A DNA stretch of 64,000 nucleotides from Psammoneis japonica (Eukaryota): the NCBI GenBank assembly GCA_008632985.1, contig QPGO01000005.1, positions 310,001 to 374,000 of the forward strand, given 5' to 3'. A program made the position numbers and the translations under genes. This document shows, piece after piece, positions 23,453 to 34,826 of the stretch (positions are counted from its first letter, which is position 1; each line of letters begins with the position of its first letter). The notes under the pieces were generated by a model. It made no database searches. It was not told the origin of the DNA and was given only the letters and a program-made list of their open reading frames with translations.

Positions 23453-25227
23453 CTAATCTTCATCGTCGCTGTGGTCAAATGTGATTTTGACTGCCTTTTT
23501 CATTGGCGCACCCGAGTCCCTAGGTCCAAAGTTACCATAAAGCTTGTGCTCCTTCTTCTTGATTGTACTCCCAAACTTCATCAATTCTTCAGGAACGTCC
23601 TGGCCCGCTTGTTTCATGACTTGCTGCAATTCTCCGGCGTGAGATTTGTCACCGGGCTGGAAAAAGGTATGGCTGACACCATTCTTGCCAGCACGACCGG
23701 TACGGCCAATGCGATGCACATAATCTTCAATCGTCAAAGGAAAGGTAAAATTGATCACCACCTCTACGTTTGGGATATCAAGGCCTCTTGCAGCTACGTC
23801 GGTCGCAATCAAGAGTGGACACGATCCGTCCTTGAATTGTCCAAGAGCAGCAGTGCGTGCCGCTTGATTCTTGTTGCCATGAATCGAACAACAGTTCCAT
23901 CCGTCCCGACGTAAGGCGTACTCCAATCGCTCTGCTTCTTTCTTGTACAAACAGAAAATCAACACGCGATTGTTGCGCTTCCCGTGATACTGGTTCAGAA
24001 GCTTGCGCAGCCTCTGGTCTCTAGCCCTATCTTCAATCACCTCTACTGTTTGAGAAACGCGTTTGTTGGCACTGAGAGAGTCGTCGATTGCATTCTCCCC
24101 GTTGCTACCCACAATTGCTTCAAAACCAACATAGACCCGAAGTGGATCCACCATGTAATCCATTGCAATCTTTTGAATGGCAGCTGGCCAGGTGGCCGAG
24201 AACATTGCGGTTTGACGGCTCTCCTTGGGCTTACAGTGACTCAAAATGTCACGGACATCCTCTTCGAATCCCATATCCAACATTCGATCCCCTTCATCCA
24301 AGACGAGATGTTGCACCTCTGACAAATCGCACGATCGGTCGTAGATTAGATCCTTGAGACGACCCGGCGTGGCAACAATGCAGTCGACGGTGCCACGCTT
24401 CAGCTCTGTCGTCTGAGTATGTTTTGGAACACCCCCATAAACCACCAGCGATTTAATATTCACTACGGAACCAAACTCTAGCAGCACTTCTTGCGACTGC
24501 ATGGCGAGTTCGCGTGTTGGGGCGAGAACCAACATTTGTGGCAAACGACGCTTGTTCTTGTTCTGGTTTGCCTGCATGGCCGACAATGCTGGGAGAGCGA
24601 ACGCCAATGTCTTTCCACTTCCAGTCTCGGCGATACCCACAACATCCCGCTTGGCAAGTAGAATAGGCCAGCACTGAGCTTGAATAGGAGAAGGCTTCAA
24701 GAAACCATTGCCCTGCGTGCACTGCCGCAACAAGGCCGACGAAATTGTTGTCGCTCCCTGAGAGCACGAGTCAAAGCTGATGCTTGGATAGTACTTGGTA
24801 AGAGAATTAATCTTTTCGTCATCTTCATTATCGTCGTTCTTGCCACATCCTTTGAGAACAATCTTGTGGTTCTTTCGCCACTGTGCAACGTAGTCGGGAG
24901 TCAGCTCTACTCCCTCCTGTACTGGTGAAGTACGAGCCTTTTTTCGAAAAGACGACTCTTCACTGTCGCTGTTTCGTTCTCTCTTTGAAGCGAGTGAGAC
25001 AATCTTTCCGTCTAGCGTGAATTTCTTGCTCGATGAAATCACCTTTCTAACGTCCTTGACATTTGCAGGTTGATCGGATTGTTTCTTTGACAGTTTCTCG
25101 ACCACTTCTTTCGCCAAAGCCTTGAGCTTCATCGTACCAGAGTCCTGACGTTTGAGAGACTTCTTTGCCGCCTTAACAACACATTGTTTAGGGACGATTC
25201 ATCGGCGTCGGTACTGGTGGCTCCCAT
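23453..25227 (-). CDS. DBP3: DEAD-box RNA helicase DBP3 (ribosome biogenesis)
   Basis: Q motif, AETGSGKT, PTRELA, TPGR, DEGD, SAT, HRIGRTGR and the Dbp3-type tail FGSTIKKKEHKLYGNF. The ATG at 25227 needs a 1-nt frameshift near 25190; the in-frame Met is at 25132. Confidence 0.9.
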
Positions 25228-25344
25228 GTTGATGGTTTGTTCTGTCTATCTTTGGTTGTGCTACCGATGAAAGTGTGTGGCTGCGGGCATGACAGAGGAT
25301 GTTTCAAATTCAATTTTTGAGTGGCCCTGCGGCGCACGAAAAAA

Positions 25345-25405
25345 GCGCGGGAAAAAGCGCGAGAAAAATGATGACGTGCACATGACGTAGCGCTGTTTCC
25401 CGCGC
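25345..25405. promoter_or_regulatory. Compact bidirectional promoter with E2F-like and CRE-like motifs
   Basis: GCGCGGGAAAA (25345), GCGCGAGAAAA, two TGACGT and TTTCCCGCGC (25396) in the ~230 bp between divergent genes. Confidence 0.45.
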
Positions 25406-25455
25406 ACGCATTTTTGATTTGACCTCACATTTTTTGCTTTGCGCCGAAGAGTACC

Positions 25456-26351
25456 ATGATTGTCCCGCTCCTTGCTGCTGGGGCCATAAGCCTTACCTTG
25501 GCTGCTAATTCAGTTCGAAACATATCACAGACGTATTTTATAGTATCTGGACCGAGAGATGACCAAGTCCCTCCGCCATCCTTTGGAATAATACAGAACC
25601 AACAAACGACGGACGGTGTCCTTTCTCACCTACAGACACTCAAAAAGCGAGAGTTGCTGGAATTGTTCCTCTCATGTGAGGCTCCAACAGATATCAGGGA
25701 AGTATCAGGTCCATGGAATGGAATTTTGTTGAACAATAACGGCTTGGTACGTGGTTGCTCTCTGAATCTTCCGACAGTCCAACACCATCAATTCGAAAAG
25801 CTCACTCGCGATGGATCCATTGTATCATGTTCCTCTTTTTGTTTTCACCATGAAAGACATCAGTATCTAATTTTTTATCTAATCAAATGTTTGGAGGGCT
25901 TGGGCAACGATGGAACGGGAAGTCGTTTCTAGAGGATGGCACCGGCATTAATAGATTTGAGCCAAACAGCAGAACGGACCATCGTTTTGATATTGATTGG
26001 CAGAGCGCATCGCGTTACGACGAATTTCAGCCAGACCCCTCGTCGAAACAAAAGAAAGCTACACTGACAACGAGATATAATCGTTATCACTTTATCTTCT
26101 CGCTGTGGAGAACCATGATGGACGAAGTGCGTGTTCTGAAATTAGACATTCCTGACGGCGGTCAAGTTTTGATCGGAATGGGATGTATGGGATGGTCCGG
26201 CGGGATGTTGAATGGCTCGCCTTTTTGTCTTTGGAGAAAAGATGAGCAAGAAGAATACAATTCCAGACAAGCTCTCTACTGGAGGAACTCTTGGTGTATC
26301 GAGGCAAGTTGCGAAAAAATGAGTCAAGAACGATGTCTAGATACAGAGTAG
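25456..26351 (+). CDS. Hypothetical protein, GXWXG/DUF4334-like; 2 exons
   Basis: Hydrophobic N-terminus; LFL...AP....GPWNG, WNGKSF, GINRF and MMDEVRVL motifs; intron ~25747-25856. Confidence 0.65.
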
Positions 26352-26706
26352 GGGGGTGGTAATATCATAGTTGCTCCTCCAAAGCAGGCCTGTCCGACAA
26401 CGTTCCCTCTCTCTAGAGAGAGAGAGCAGGCAGACTCTAGCTAGCTAGAAGATAGTCTCTGCTTCCTCGGTGGCCGCTTTATCTATCTACTGTATCGACA
26501 AACTCCACGAGCTGTTCGTCCTTCGCGATCTCTGCGCTACGGGGGGCTCCACGTGGAGCTGATGTACGTCAGTCGTCGTTAGTTCAGATTGAAGATCACT
26601 GACAATGGCACTGTTTACCGTTGACGCACATCACTCTTCCATCTCTGTGTTGGTGCTGTCTTCATCTTGAAAACGTGAAACCCTGGTCCCAAGAACAAAA
26701 AAAGGC

Positions 26707-27474
26707 ATGCGGGTTCTTCTTGTCGTATCGGCGTTGCTTGCTGTGGCGCAAGGCTTTACGCCATCACATTCTGCAGCAGCATTCTTACGAAACAACATTG
26801 TGAAAGGCGAGACTTCTTCACAATTGTATGAGATCATTAAAGCAGACGAAGCTGATTTTAAATTTGACAGGGGATCAGGAGGCGTCCGACTTGCCAATGA
26901 GAGTGCGATCAAGCTTGCTGGTTCCGTCAAGCACGGTCCAGGAAAAGCTACGGCTGAAGTCAACACTTTTCTCCGGTACAAGAAAGTAACTGAATTGGAC
27001 GAATCGACCGTTCAGTCCGCCATGAGTAAAAGCGGGGCATCAATTATAACAACTGGTTCAGGCCAAGAAAATTTCAAGGATCCCGGGGCGACCACAACCA
27101 AAGAAGTCACGCTTGCACCGGATCAGGCCGTTCGGGATGCGCTCATGGGGGCCGCGGCTGTTGACAAGGCTTCGAATATTGTAATCAACTTTCTTGGAGG
27201 TGATGATTTAATCGCAGACCAAGTCACAAAGGCCATATCCACGTTGGTGCTAGACATGAGCCCGCCAACCAAGGCAAAGATCACTTTCAACTCCATGTGC
27301 CACACATCATTTCCACTAGAACGTGCCACCGTCACTGTCGTGTCGACTAGTGGTGACGAAGCGGAGGAGGGCGTTAACGGCGCAGAAAAGAATATTTTAA
27401 ATGGAGAAGTTTATTTTTGCAATGGGAAATGGTATACTGTTGTTGAGGATGACATCAATACAGCTGTCGCATAA
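26707..27474 (+). CDS. Plastid-targeted protein resembling an isolated FtsZ C-terminal domain
   Basis: Signal peptide plus AQG-FTP. AMSKSGASIITTGSG...ASNIVINFLGGDDL...AKITF...VTVVST parallels the FtsZ C-domain. No GGGTGTG GTPase motif. Confidence 0.7.
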   Translation: MRVLLVVSALLAVAQGFTPSHSAAAFLRNNIVKGETSSQLYEIIKADEADFKFDRGSGGVRLANESAIKLAGSVKHGPGKATAEVNTFLRYKKVTELDESTVQSAMSKSGASIITTGSGQENFKDPGATTTKEVTLAPDQAVRDALMGAAAVDKASNIVINFLGGDDLIADQVTKAISTLVLDMSPPTKAKITFNSMCHTSFPLERATVTVVSTSGDEAEEGVNGAEKNILNGEVYFCNGKWYTVVEDDINTAVA

Positions 27475-27890
27475 CACTACAATATTATCCATCTTTTAAT
27501 CCCTCGGAGTGAAATGCGCTATGTGAATTTCCTAGCTAGGATAGCCCCGTGCCTGCTCTTTTCCTCAAAATCAAATCTATTTGAAGAATTCCTTTGAGCA
27601 TAAGCCCTTAGGTCTCGTCCGCCTAAGGAATAAAATATGTGAACAGACTTAAAAAAATAAATAAAGACAGGCAAGAGATAGAGTCTAGATAAAAAGAGGA
27701 AACTACCGTATATTGTAGCGATTTGCTGCCTCTACTAGGGCCCTACAGTACTTACTCTCTTCTATGAATAGCTAGAGTAGAGTAGACCTTACGGTAGTTA
27801 TTACGAGTACTCGTAGGAATGAACTTGTATTGTGAGCATGATGTGAGAATGCCGCCAACGCATGATTCTTTTACAATACTACGAATTGCT

Positions 27891-28185
27891 GAACAATTGC
27901 GCGATACACGTGCCCGAACGGTGATTGTTGCTTCGGGCACGAAATTCGAACTTCGCGCACGTAGAGACCGTAGAATATGTACCAGCATTCGAGAATGTCC
28001 GATTTGTGTAGATCACGTAGCACCGTACCACAGAGGTCATTTCCTGAAATTCCCGCGACGACTCATACGACTCCAATGGTATTTTCAATACCATATACTA
28101 TGTAGAATGGACATCTGCGCGAACGATGATTGTTGCTTCGGGCAACGATATTCGAGCTTCGGGCACGTGTATCGCGCAATTGTTC
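27891..28185. mobile_element. Small TIR-bounded MITE-like element (~295 bp) abutting an assembly N
   Basis: Perfect 28-bp inverted repeats (GAACAATTGCGCGATACACGTGCCCGAA at 27891-27918; reverse complement at 28158-28185) and an internal ~41-bp direct repeat (27915-27955 vs 28119-28161). N at 28186. Confidence 0.65.
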
Positions 28186-28313
28186 NGGGGATCCAACGTT
28201 TGTGTCTGCGTTTTCAGATTGTCAATGCTTCGTGTACATTCTCAGGGCTCAATAGCAATCCGCAGTGATTCGTCGAGAATCCAGCTAAAGAGAAAGCTGC
28301 TCTCAGCACCAAC

Positions 28314-31285
28314 ATGAACTTCAGGGTGGTCGGAAGTGGCTTTTTGATTGCGTCCTTTGCGGTTGTACAGGGTGTGACAAGTCAAGTGATCGACAGTTCC
28401 TCGCATATTGATATTGAGCCCTTGCCTCTTCAAAATGAGACAACAGCTGAAATCGAAGTTCCGCGCTTGCAAAAATGTAGCTTGGAACTGTTGCCGCAGT
28501 TTGGTTCTGGAGTAGTGCCAGAAAACGTGATTAGTTTCGTCGCTTTGGGAGACACTCCATACAAACTCTATGACCGGCATTGTTTAAACTATCAGATGAG
28601 AAACATCGATCTATCGACTCCAGATGAACCATCAAATGAGAAGCCTCAGTTTGCAATCCACTTGGGTGACATCAAGATGAGCGGGTTTAGATTTCCATGC
28701 GACGAACAAGCATACTCAGATGTCTCGGATATCTTCACACATCCAGATAATGCACTCAATTATGATTCTAGAGATGTGTTCTTTGTGGTCGGTGACAACG
28801 AATGGGTGACTGTTCCAATCCAGCAGAAGCGTGGTCTTTGTGGATGAAATATTTCGGTCCGAAAAGGTACGTTCGGGGCGAATGTTGGTCCACAACGCAA
28901 TTGAAGTGCTCGGATTTCCTTAATGACTTGTTTCTCCTATCAAAAGTGTCCGCGGCTTTGGAACGCTATCTAGGGGTGATACAGAGGTGCGCAGACAAAC
29001 TAAGATTGACGGCATGGATAGGAGTGAAAACTTTGCTTTCTTCAGAGAAAGCGTTTTGTTCATTGGTGTAAATATAGTTGGAGGTCGTGAACGGTACGTT
29101 TTGTTTCCCTGGGGTTAGAGTTATTGTCTTGTACTCTAGGTGAAGGCTCATGATATTTTCCGTGGGCTTGATCAATCTGCCGTTTATTTTTTATATATGA
29201 TCCAGAGGTGATGAGTCAACTCGACTCGTTCAGAACTTCAAATGGGTAAAAACCCAGATGGACATCTTTTCAAAAAGGGGGCTGAAAGCCGTCGTCATCA
29301 TGGGCCACGGCGTCCTGAAAAGAGACTTCCACTACAAGTATTATGCTGATGACCTGTTCACTTTGTTGCGAAAGAACTATAAGGATCTTCCCGTCATGTA
29401 TTTACACGGGGATGGACATTTGTTCTGTGTACGATATCCAGCTCCCGACCTCAACTACGTGGATCTGAGTGAGTAGCTTCTGTGTGTAGGTTTTCATTGT
29501 AAATGCTATTGCATTTTGTATTATGCTTCTCACAATCATCACAACGCCTACTGCATTATCGAATTCCTCTTCTCTTCAATAGTGGTGGATGAAGGAGGCG
29601 TTGCTAATCCCATTCTAGTTAGCGTGGTGAAGGATCCGTCCACAGACAAATATGGCTTTGCTGTTGACAGACGCGGAGGCCTCTATTCTCCCGAGGCAGG
29701 ACCAGACGACGTTCCAGACTGCCCCTTCATCGAAGAGACGACGTGGAATGTGACGCTTCCAACTAGTAACCTAAAGACGCAATCATTGGATCTGGCCATT
29801 GCTGCTTTCCCCCACATCTACCGAACACCCTCGGTGAATGCCAAGGTCACTGCAGGAGTGATAGGGATTGCAACAAAAGATTAGGGCTGAAATGTTTTAT
29901 TCGCCAAGGCTTCACTTCGGTTCCAAACTGCCTAGGAAAAGGGAAAAAGAACAAGAACTACTGCTTCAAGCCCGATGCTGCAATGAGCAGCCCAACGGCG
30001 TCTCCAACACAAGACCCCGCCATTACCCCTACAACAGCTCCGTCCCGCGGTCCAAGTGCATCCCGACAATTTTGCCTAGTTCCGCCCCCATTTCATCTCC
30101 TAAAGATGTCCAACCGAAGAAGTTAAAGCTTGTCGCTCGCCCTCCACACATCCCAAACAGCCTAGGCCTCTGTGAAGGCCACTGTAAAAGAGATGAGGAT
30201 TGTAAACAGGATGAGGGCTTGTATTGTTACAAACGACGCAATTTTGATCCAATTCCCTTTTGTCTATCGAAAGGTCGCAAGGGCAAGAATTATTGCATTC
30301 CGCGCAATGTCACAGAAAGAAGCAATCCGACATCGCGCCCATCCCCGTTACCGCCTCCAAATCCAACAACAAGTCCATCAATCAGTCCAACTCTGTCACC
30401 AACTCCCAAATCCGACCGCGTTTCCTACCCCACACCGACAAAAGGCCACTCGCTGGGCAACCTAGTATTCTTTGGAAATCCGCAGACAATCCATCTAAAT
30501 TTCCGCTCAGTCGCTGCGAAGGTGATGTAAGTGAAGGAGATTGTAGGAACGATAATGTTGTTGCTATCGCCTTGCACCCTTTCACCATGTCTCACATTTG
30601 CATCTTTTCTTTGCACACGCTCAACAACTACGCAATAGTGTGATGGGGACAAGCAATGCAAACCCGGTTTGGTGTGTTTCAACAGAATTGGACGAGAGCA
30701 AACAAAAATTCCTGGATGTGTCGGGGACGCTCGGCCAAATAAAGACTATTGTTATGATCCGAAATGGGAGCAAATAGACTCGTCCACAATACAAAAGTCG
30801 CGACCAAGCATTCCGCCATCCATAACTCCGACGGCTACCCCTACACATAGTCCGTCATCGAGTGCTATCTATTTGGTTTGGGTTGGTAATCGAAGTGAAT
30901 CTCCTGAACTCTTCCCTCTCGGACTGTGCGAAGGTATGGCTTTTTCTGGATGTTACTTTTTGAATCTTATCTTGATAACTCGGGAGCTGAACAAATCACA
31001 ACCTCGTTTGAATCATCTCTATATACTGCATCACAGGCGACTGCGATAGTGATAATCAGTGTAAAGACACGCTGAAGTGTTATAAGCGCGACGGAGCAAA
31101 ACGAAACGATGGTGTTCCTGGCTGCGAAGGCGAAGGTCTGCCGGGTGAAGACTGTAAGTTGCTTTCGTCATGATTTCATGTCTTCCATTGCTTGCTTGAT
31201 GATCATGCATAACTCACATCCACAAAATTTTGGCATACAAATGAGTTTAGACTGCTACGATCCACGCGTTGACACGACTTCGTGA
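28314..31285 (+). CDS. Secreted metallophosphoesterase-like domain + 4 frustulin-type Cys-rich domains (paralog A; about 4 frameshifts)
   Basis: Signal peptide; ALGDTPY, IHLGDIK, VGDNEW(x)DC and YLHGDGH. Then C(E/Q)G(H/D)C..D.DC..GL.C..R....(V/I)P.C.G.G....(D/N)YC repeats separated by Pro/Ser/Thr linkers. Frameshifts near 28806, 29800, 30060 and 30480. Confidence 0.8.
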
Positions 31286-31795
31286 CGCCTCCAGTGTGTG
31301 CCCATAAACGAAACCACGCATTTAGCAAAATAACTTGAAACTTCCCGCACGCTAAAAGAGAATGGGCAGCCAGGCTGATAGCTCTAAAGTGCATGGTGCT
31401 GAATTAATCATAACGAAGTCCCTCTAGTGCGCTGTTATGAAACTTTGATACTCGTCAAAAAGTGAGCCGGTTGACGAACCACTGCACTGTCAATTATGTC
31501 CATGAGTCTATGTTATGCTCAGCAACTACTTAACTACTGACAAAGCGACAAAAAGGACTTAACAACGTGAGCGAAAGAACATAAATGACCCTCAGAGATG
31601 TCTATTTGAAAGATTTAATATTATATTCCGATTTTTATACATAGCAATTTATCAAGTTCCGTCCATCGAAAACCATGCGGCGGCCAAATTTTGCAATTTA
31701 ATTTGCGAAGTACTTTCAGTACGCGTGTTTCAGCCGATCCGATGAAACACGCCAATCAAAACATACATCCACCTCCCATCGCTCAATGATACACC

Positions 31796-34720
31796 ATGAT
31801 GATGAAAGACCTTCTCTTTCCCTTCCTTATACTCTTGTCAAATTTCCAAGGCAGCAAAGGGGAGGGGGCATATCACAGGAGGTTAAACTGCCAGGTTAAC
31901 GAACTGGCATCTTTTCATCCTTCTGTCAAACCAAAAACACTTGTTAGCTTTATTGCAATGGGGGACATTCCATACTCGATCGCAGAAAGATATTGCCTCA
32001 ACCAACATTTACGTGAGCTCGAGCTTTCTAGTGATGGTGACGCGAAATTTGCCGTACACGTTGGTGACATCAAAGAGGGAACTAGGTCCAAGGTGTGCAG
32101 CGAAGAACAATACAATGACATTGCCGAGATCCTGACTCATCCAAAAAACCAAATAAACTACGATCCGAGCAATTTACTATTTGTGGTGGGAGACAACGAG
32201 TGGATAGATTGTCTTGATCCAAACGAGTCATGGGGATATTGGATGAAGCATTTTGGTAAGTCGCTTTGAATGCGTCAATTTTTTGGTGGTTTGCGGTTGC
32301 TGGAAAGGTTCTATTGACGGATAAACAACTCTCAATGCTGACTATGTACCATGAATAAATAGGACCAGACAATAAATATGGATTTGGGACGCTTTTGTCG
32401 CACAATGTGACTGTGGAACGACAAACTGAAGTTAACAGAGCACCAGGGGTGAACAGAGGCGAAAATTTTGCCTTTTCATGGATGATGTGCTGTTCGTCGG
32501 ACTGAATGTGATCGGTGGTCGTGACGTTGGTACGTTCATGCTCCGTATTGTGTTGTTGCTTTTTGGATTTGGTCTCAAATCGGCTGCGCTTTTTCCTCTA
32601 CTTCCTTTAGGAGACGAAAACATTCGACTAGTCCAGGTAAGCTTTGACGCTCTATTTTGCTCAAGAAATTTGCTCGAGGAATTGCCAACCCTGTCTGTTC
32701 ACCCACGATTGTAGAACTTTACTGGATACGAAGCAAGTTGTCCTTCTATTCCCGGCCACAATATAATATGAAAGCAATGGTGATATTTGCACATGCTACG
32801 TTGAAGCCAGGGGTGAGACGTCAGTATCTAGGGGACGTCTTTTGGCGGCTGTTACGAAACAGCTACCCGTACTTACCTGTGATGTACCTTCACGGTGACG
32901 GTCATGTACGTATCTCGAAGTGCTGTGATCTTCATGTTTCTCTCTATTCTACGCCTTTGCCCACACATGTCTTTCATTCCTTTTTGCAGGACTATTGCAT
33001 AAAATATCCAGACCCCGAGAACCCAAACTTTGTTGACGTCAGTAAGTCGTATGTTTGGAGTTTTTTCATTGGTGACGTTATTGTGTTACGAAATATTCTA
33101 CTCACAATTGATGCCCTACGCCCTCTTTTACTTCGAAGTGGTGGATGCAGGAGGGTACGCACCCCCGATAAAGGTATCGGTTCTCATCAACCCAGCAAAC
33201 AAACGACAGGTGAGATTTGAGATCGATAGAAGAGGTGGCGAATACTTTCCGCTTGGAAACTGTCCGCAGATAATAGAACAAACCTGGTATACGCCAGGAG
33301 AAGCAGTACCCCCTCAAGACGGATATAGGCCGGCTAGCACCCCGAATAAAAAGGTCGTTCCGTCGCCGGCTAGTACCCCGAACAAAAAAGCCGTTCCGTC
33401 GCCAACCCCATCACTGCCGGAACTGGTGACCTTTACAGGGAAAAAGAAGAAACAGAAAATGCCACTGAAACTTTGCCAAGGTAAGAAGATTCCTGTTTTC
33501 TTTAAAGTGTCATCAAAATGTAGCTCATCTGTTAACTTCCTTCCAGGTGACTGTGACTCAGATGTCGACTGTGCGGGAGCTTTGGTGTGCTATAAGAGAA
33601 AGAAGAGAAGAAATGGAAAGAATGGGGTGCCTGGTTGTCGTGGATCAGGAGAGGAGGGACAAGACTACTGTGCTGTTGATATTGTAAGACCGGTTCCACC
33701 AACAGATCGACCGACAATGAGCCCAACACAGGACAGTCGATTGGCGACGATGAGCATAAAAAATTTGGTTTGGATTGGTGATCGTAGCGAATCTCCTAAA
33801 CTGTTTCCTCTCGGCGCATGCCAAGGTAAGCTCCTCCTTGTTTTGAGTGTCACAAAACGTTCTTCCGTGTTTTTTCTCACATGTATTCTGTATCAATGAA
33901 TATCTCAGCCGACTGTGACAATGATAATCAGTGCAGAGGCCGTTTGCTGTGTTTAGGCGCGAAGGCCGTAAAAGAAATGGTGAAATTCCTGGGTGTAAGG
34001 GCAAAGGGACGCCTGGTGAAGACTGTAAGTTGCTATGTCTTGCTTTCACGCAGTACACATACACTTTTTGACCGTTCATCATGAATCACTCACCTTCTTC
34101 TGTTTTGTAAACTTAGACTGCTATGATCCACGGTTTGACACTCGACCGCCTCCCAGGCGGCGTTCAACGCCTCCTCCAACTCCACGTCCAACCACCAGAC
34201 TGCCCCGAAAGAGAATTGAAAAACCTAAACCCGTAGCAAAACTGCCACTAGAGCTAAAAGGTGACGGTTTTACTGGCAGACGTGGTCAATGCGTCGGTGA
34301 CTGTGACAAGGACTCAGGATGTGATTATGGACTGCTGTGCTTCCAGCGAGATTCCAAAGACAAAGAAGAGGTCCCAGGTTGCGCTTCCGGAGGTCCTGGA
34401 GATGTCAGAGGCAAGGACTACTGCTACTTACCGCCGCCAGATGTACTCGTTCGCCTTGGAAGCGACGGGCAGCCTGCTGCGAACTATCCACTCCGTCGAT
34501 GCTCGGGAGATTGTGACTCCGACAATGGTAAGAAGCAAGAATGTGAAACCCATATCTTCACACCATCGCGTTGATATGATTCTCACCATGTTTTTTTTTC
34601 GCTTTTACCAACACCAATAAAGACTGTCAGACAGGTTTCAGATGTCATAAGCGCAAAGGCTTCGACCCAGTGCCGGGTTGTCGCGGAGCAGGAGATAAGG
34701 GTGCCGATTACTGTGCATGA
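31796..34720 (+). CDS. Secreted metallophosphoesterase-like domain + 4 frustulin-type Cys-rich domains (paralog B), multi-exon
   Basis: Signal peptide; AMGDIPY, VHVGDIK, VGDNEWIDC and YLHGDGH; four CxGDCDxD...VPGC...DYC-type domains; stop at 34718-34720. One apparent frameshift near 33952. Confidence 0.85.
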
Positions 34721-34826
34721 AGAACCATTAGTAATCGAACAAAGGGATCGCGAATTTGGACATCACAGGTAGATTACAGCAAAATCTTCTATTCTAAATA
34801 GCGTTCCGAGTTAGAAAGCGTAGTAG

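Noticed and set aside
26405..26450. CT/AG palindromic run (CTCTCTCTAGAGAGAG, CTAGCTAGCTAG)
   Set aside because: Simple-sequence intergenic microsatellite.
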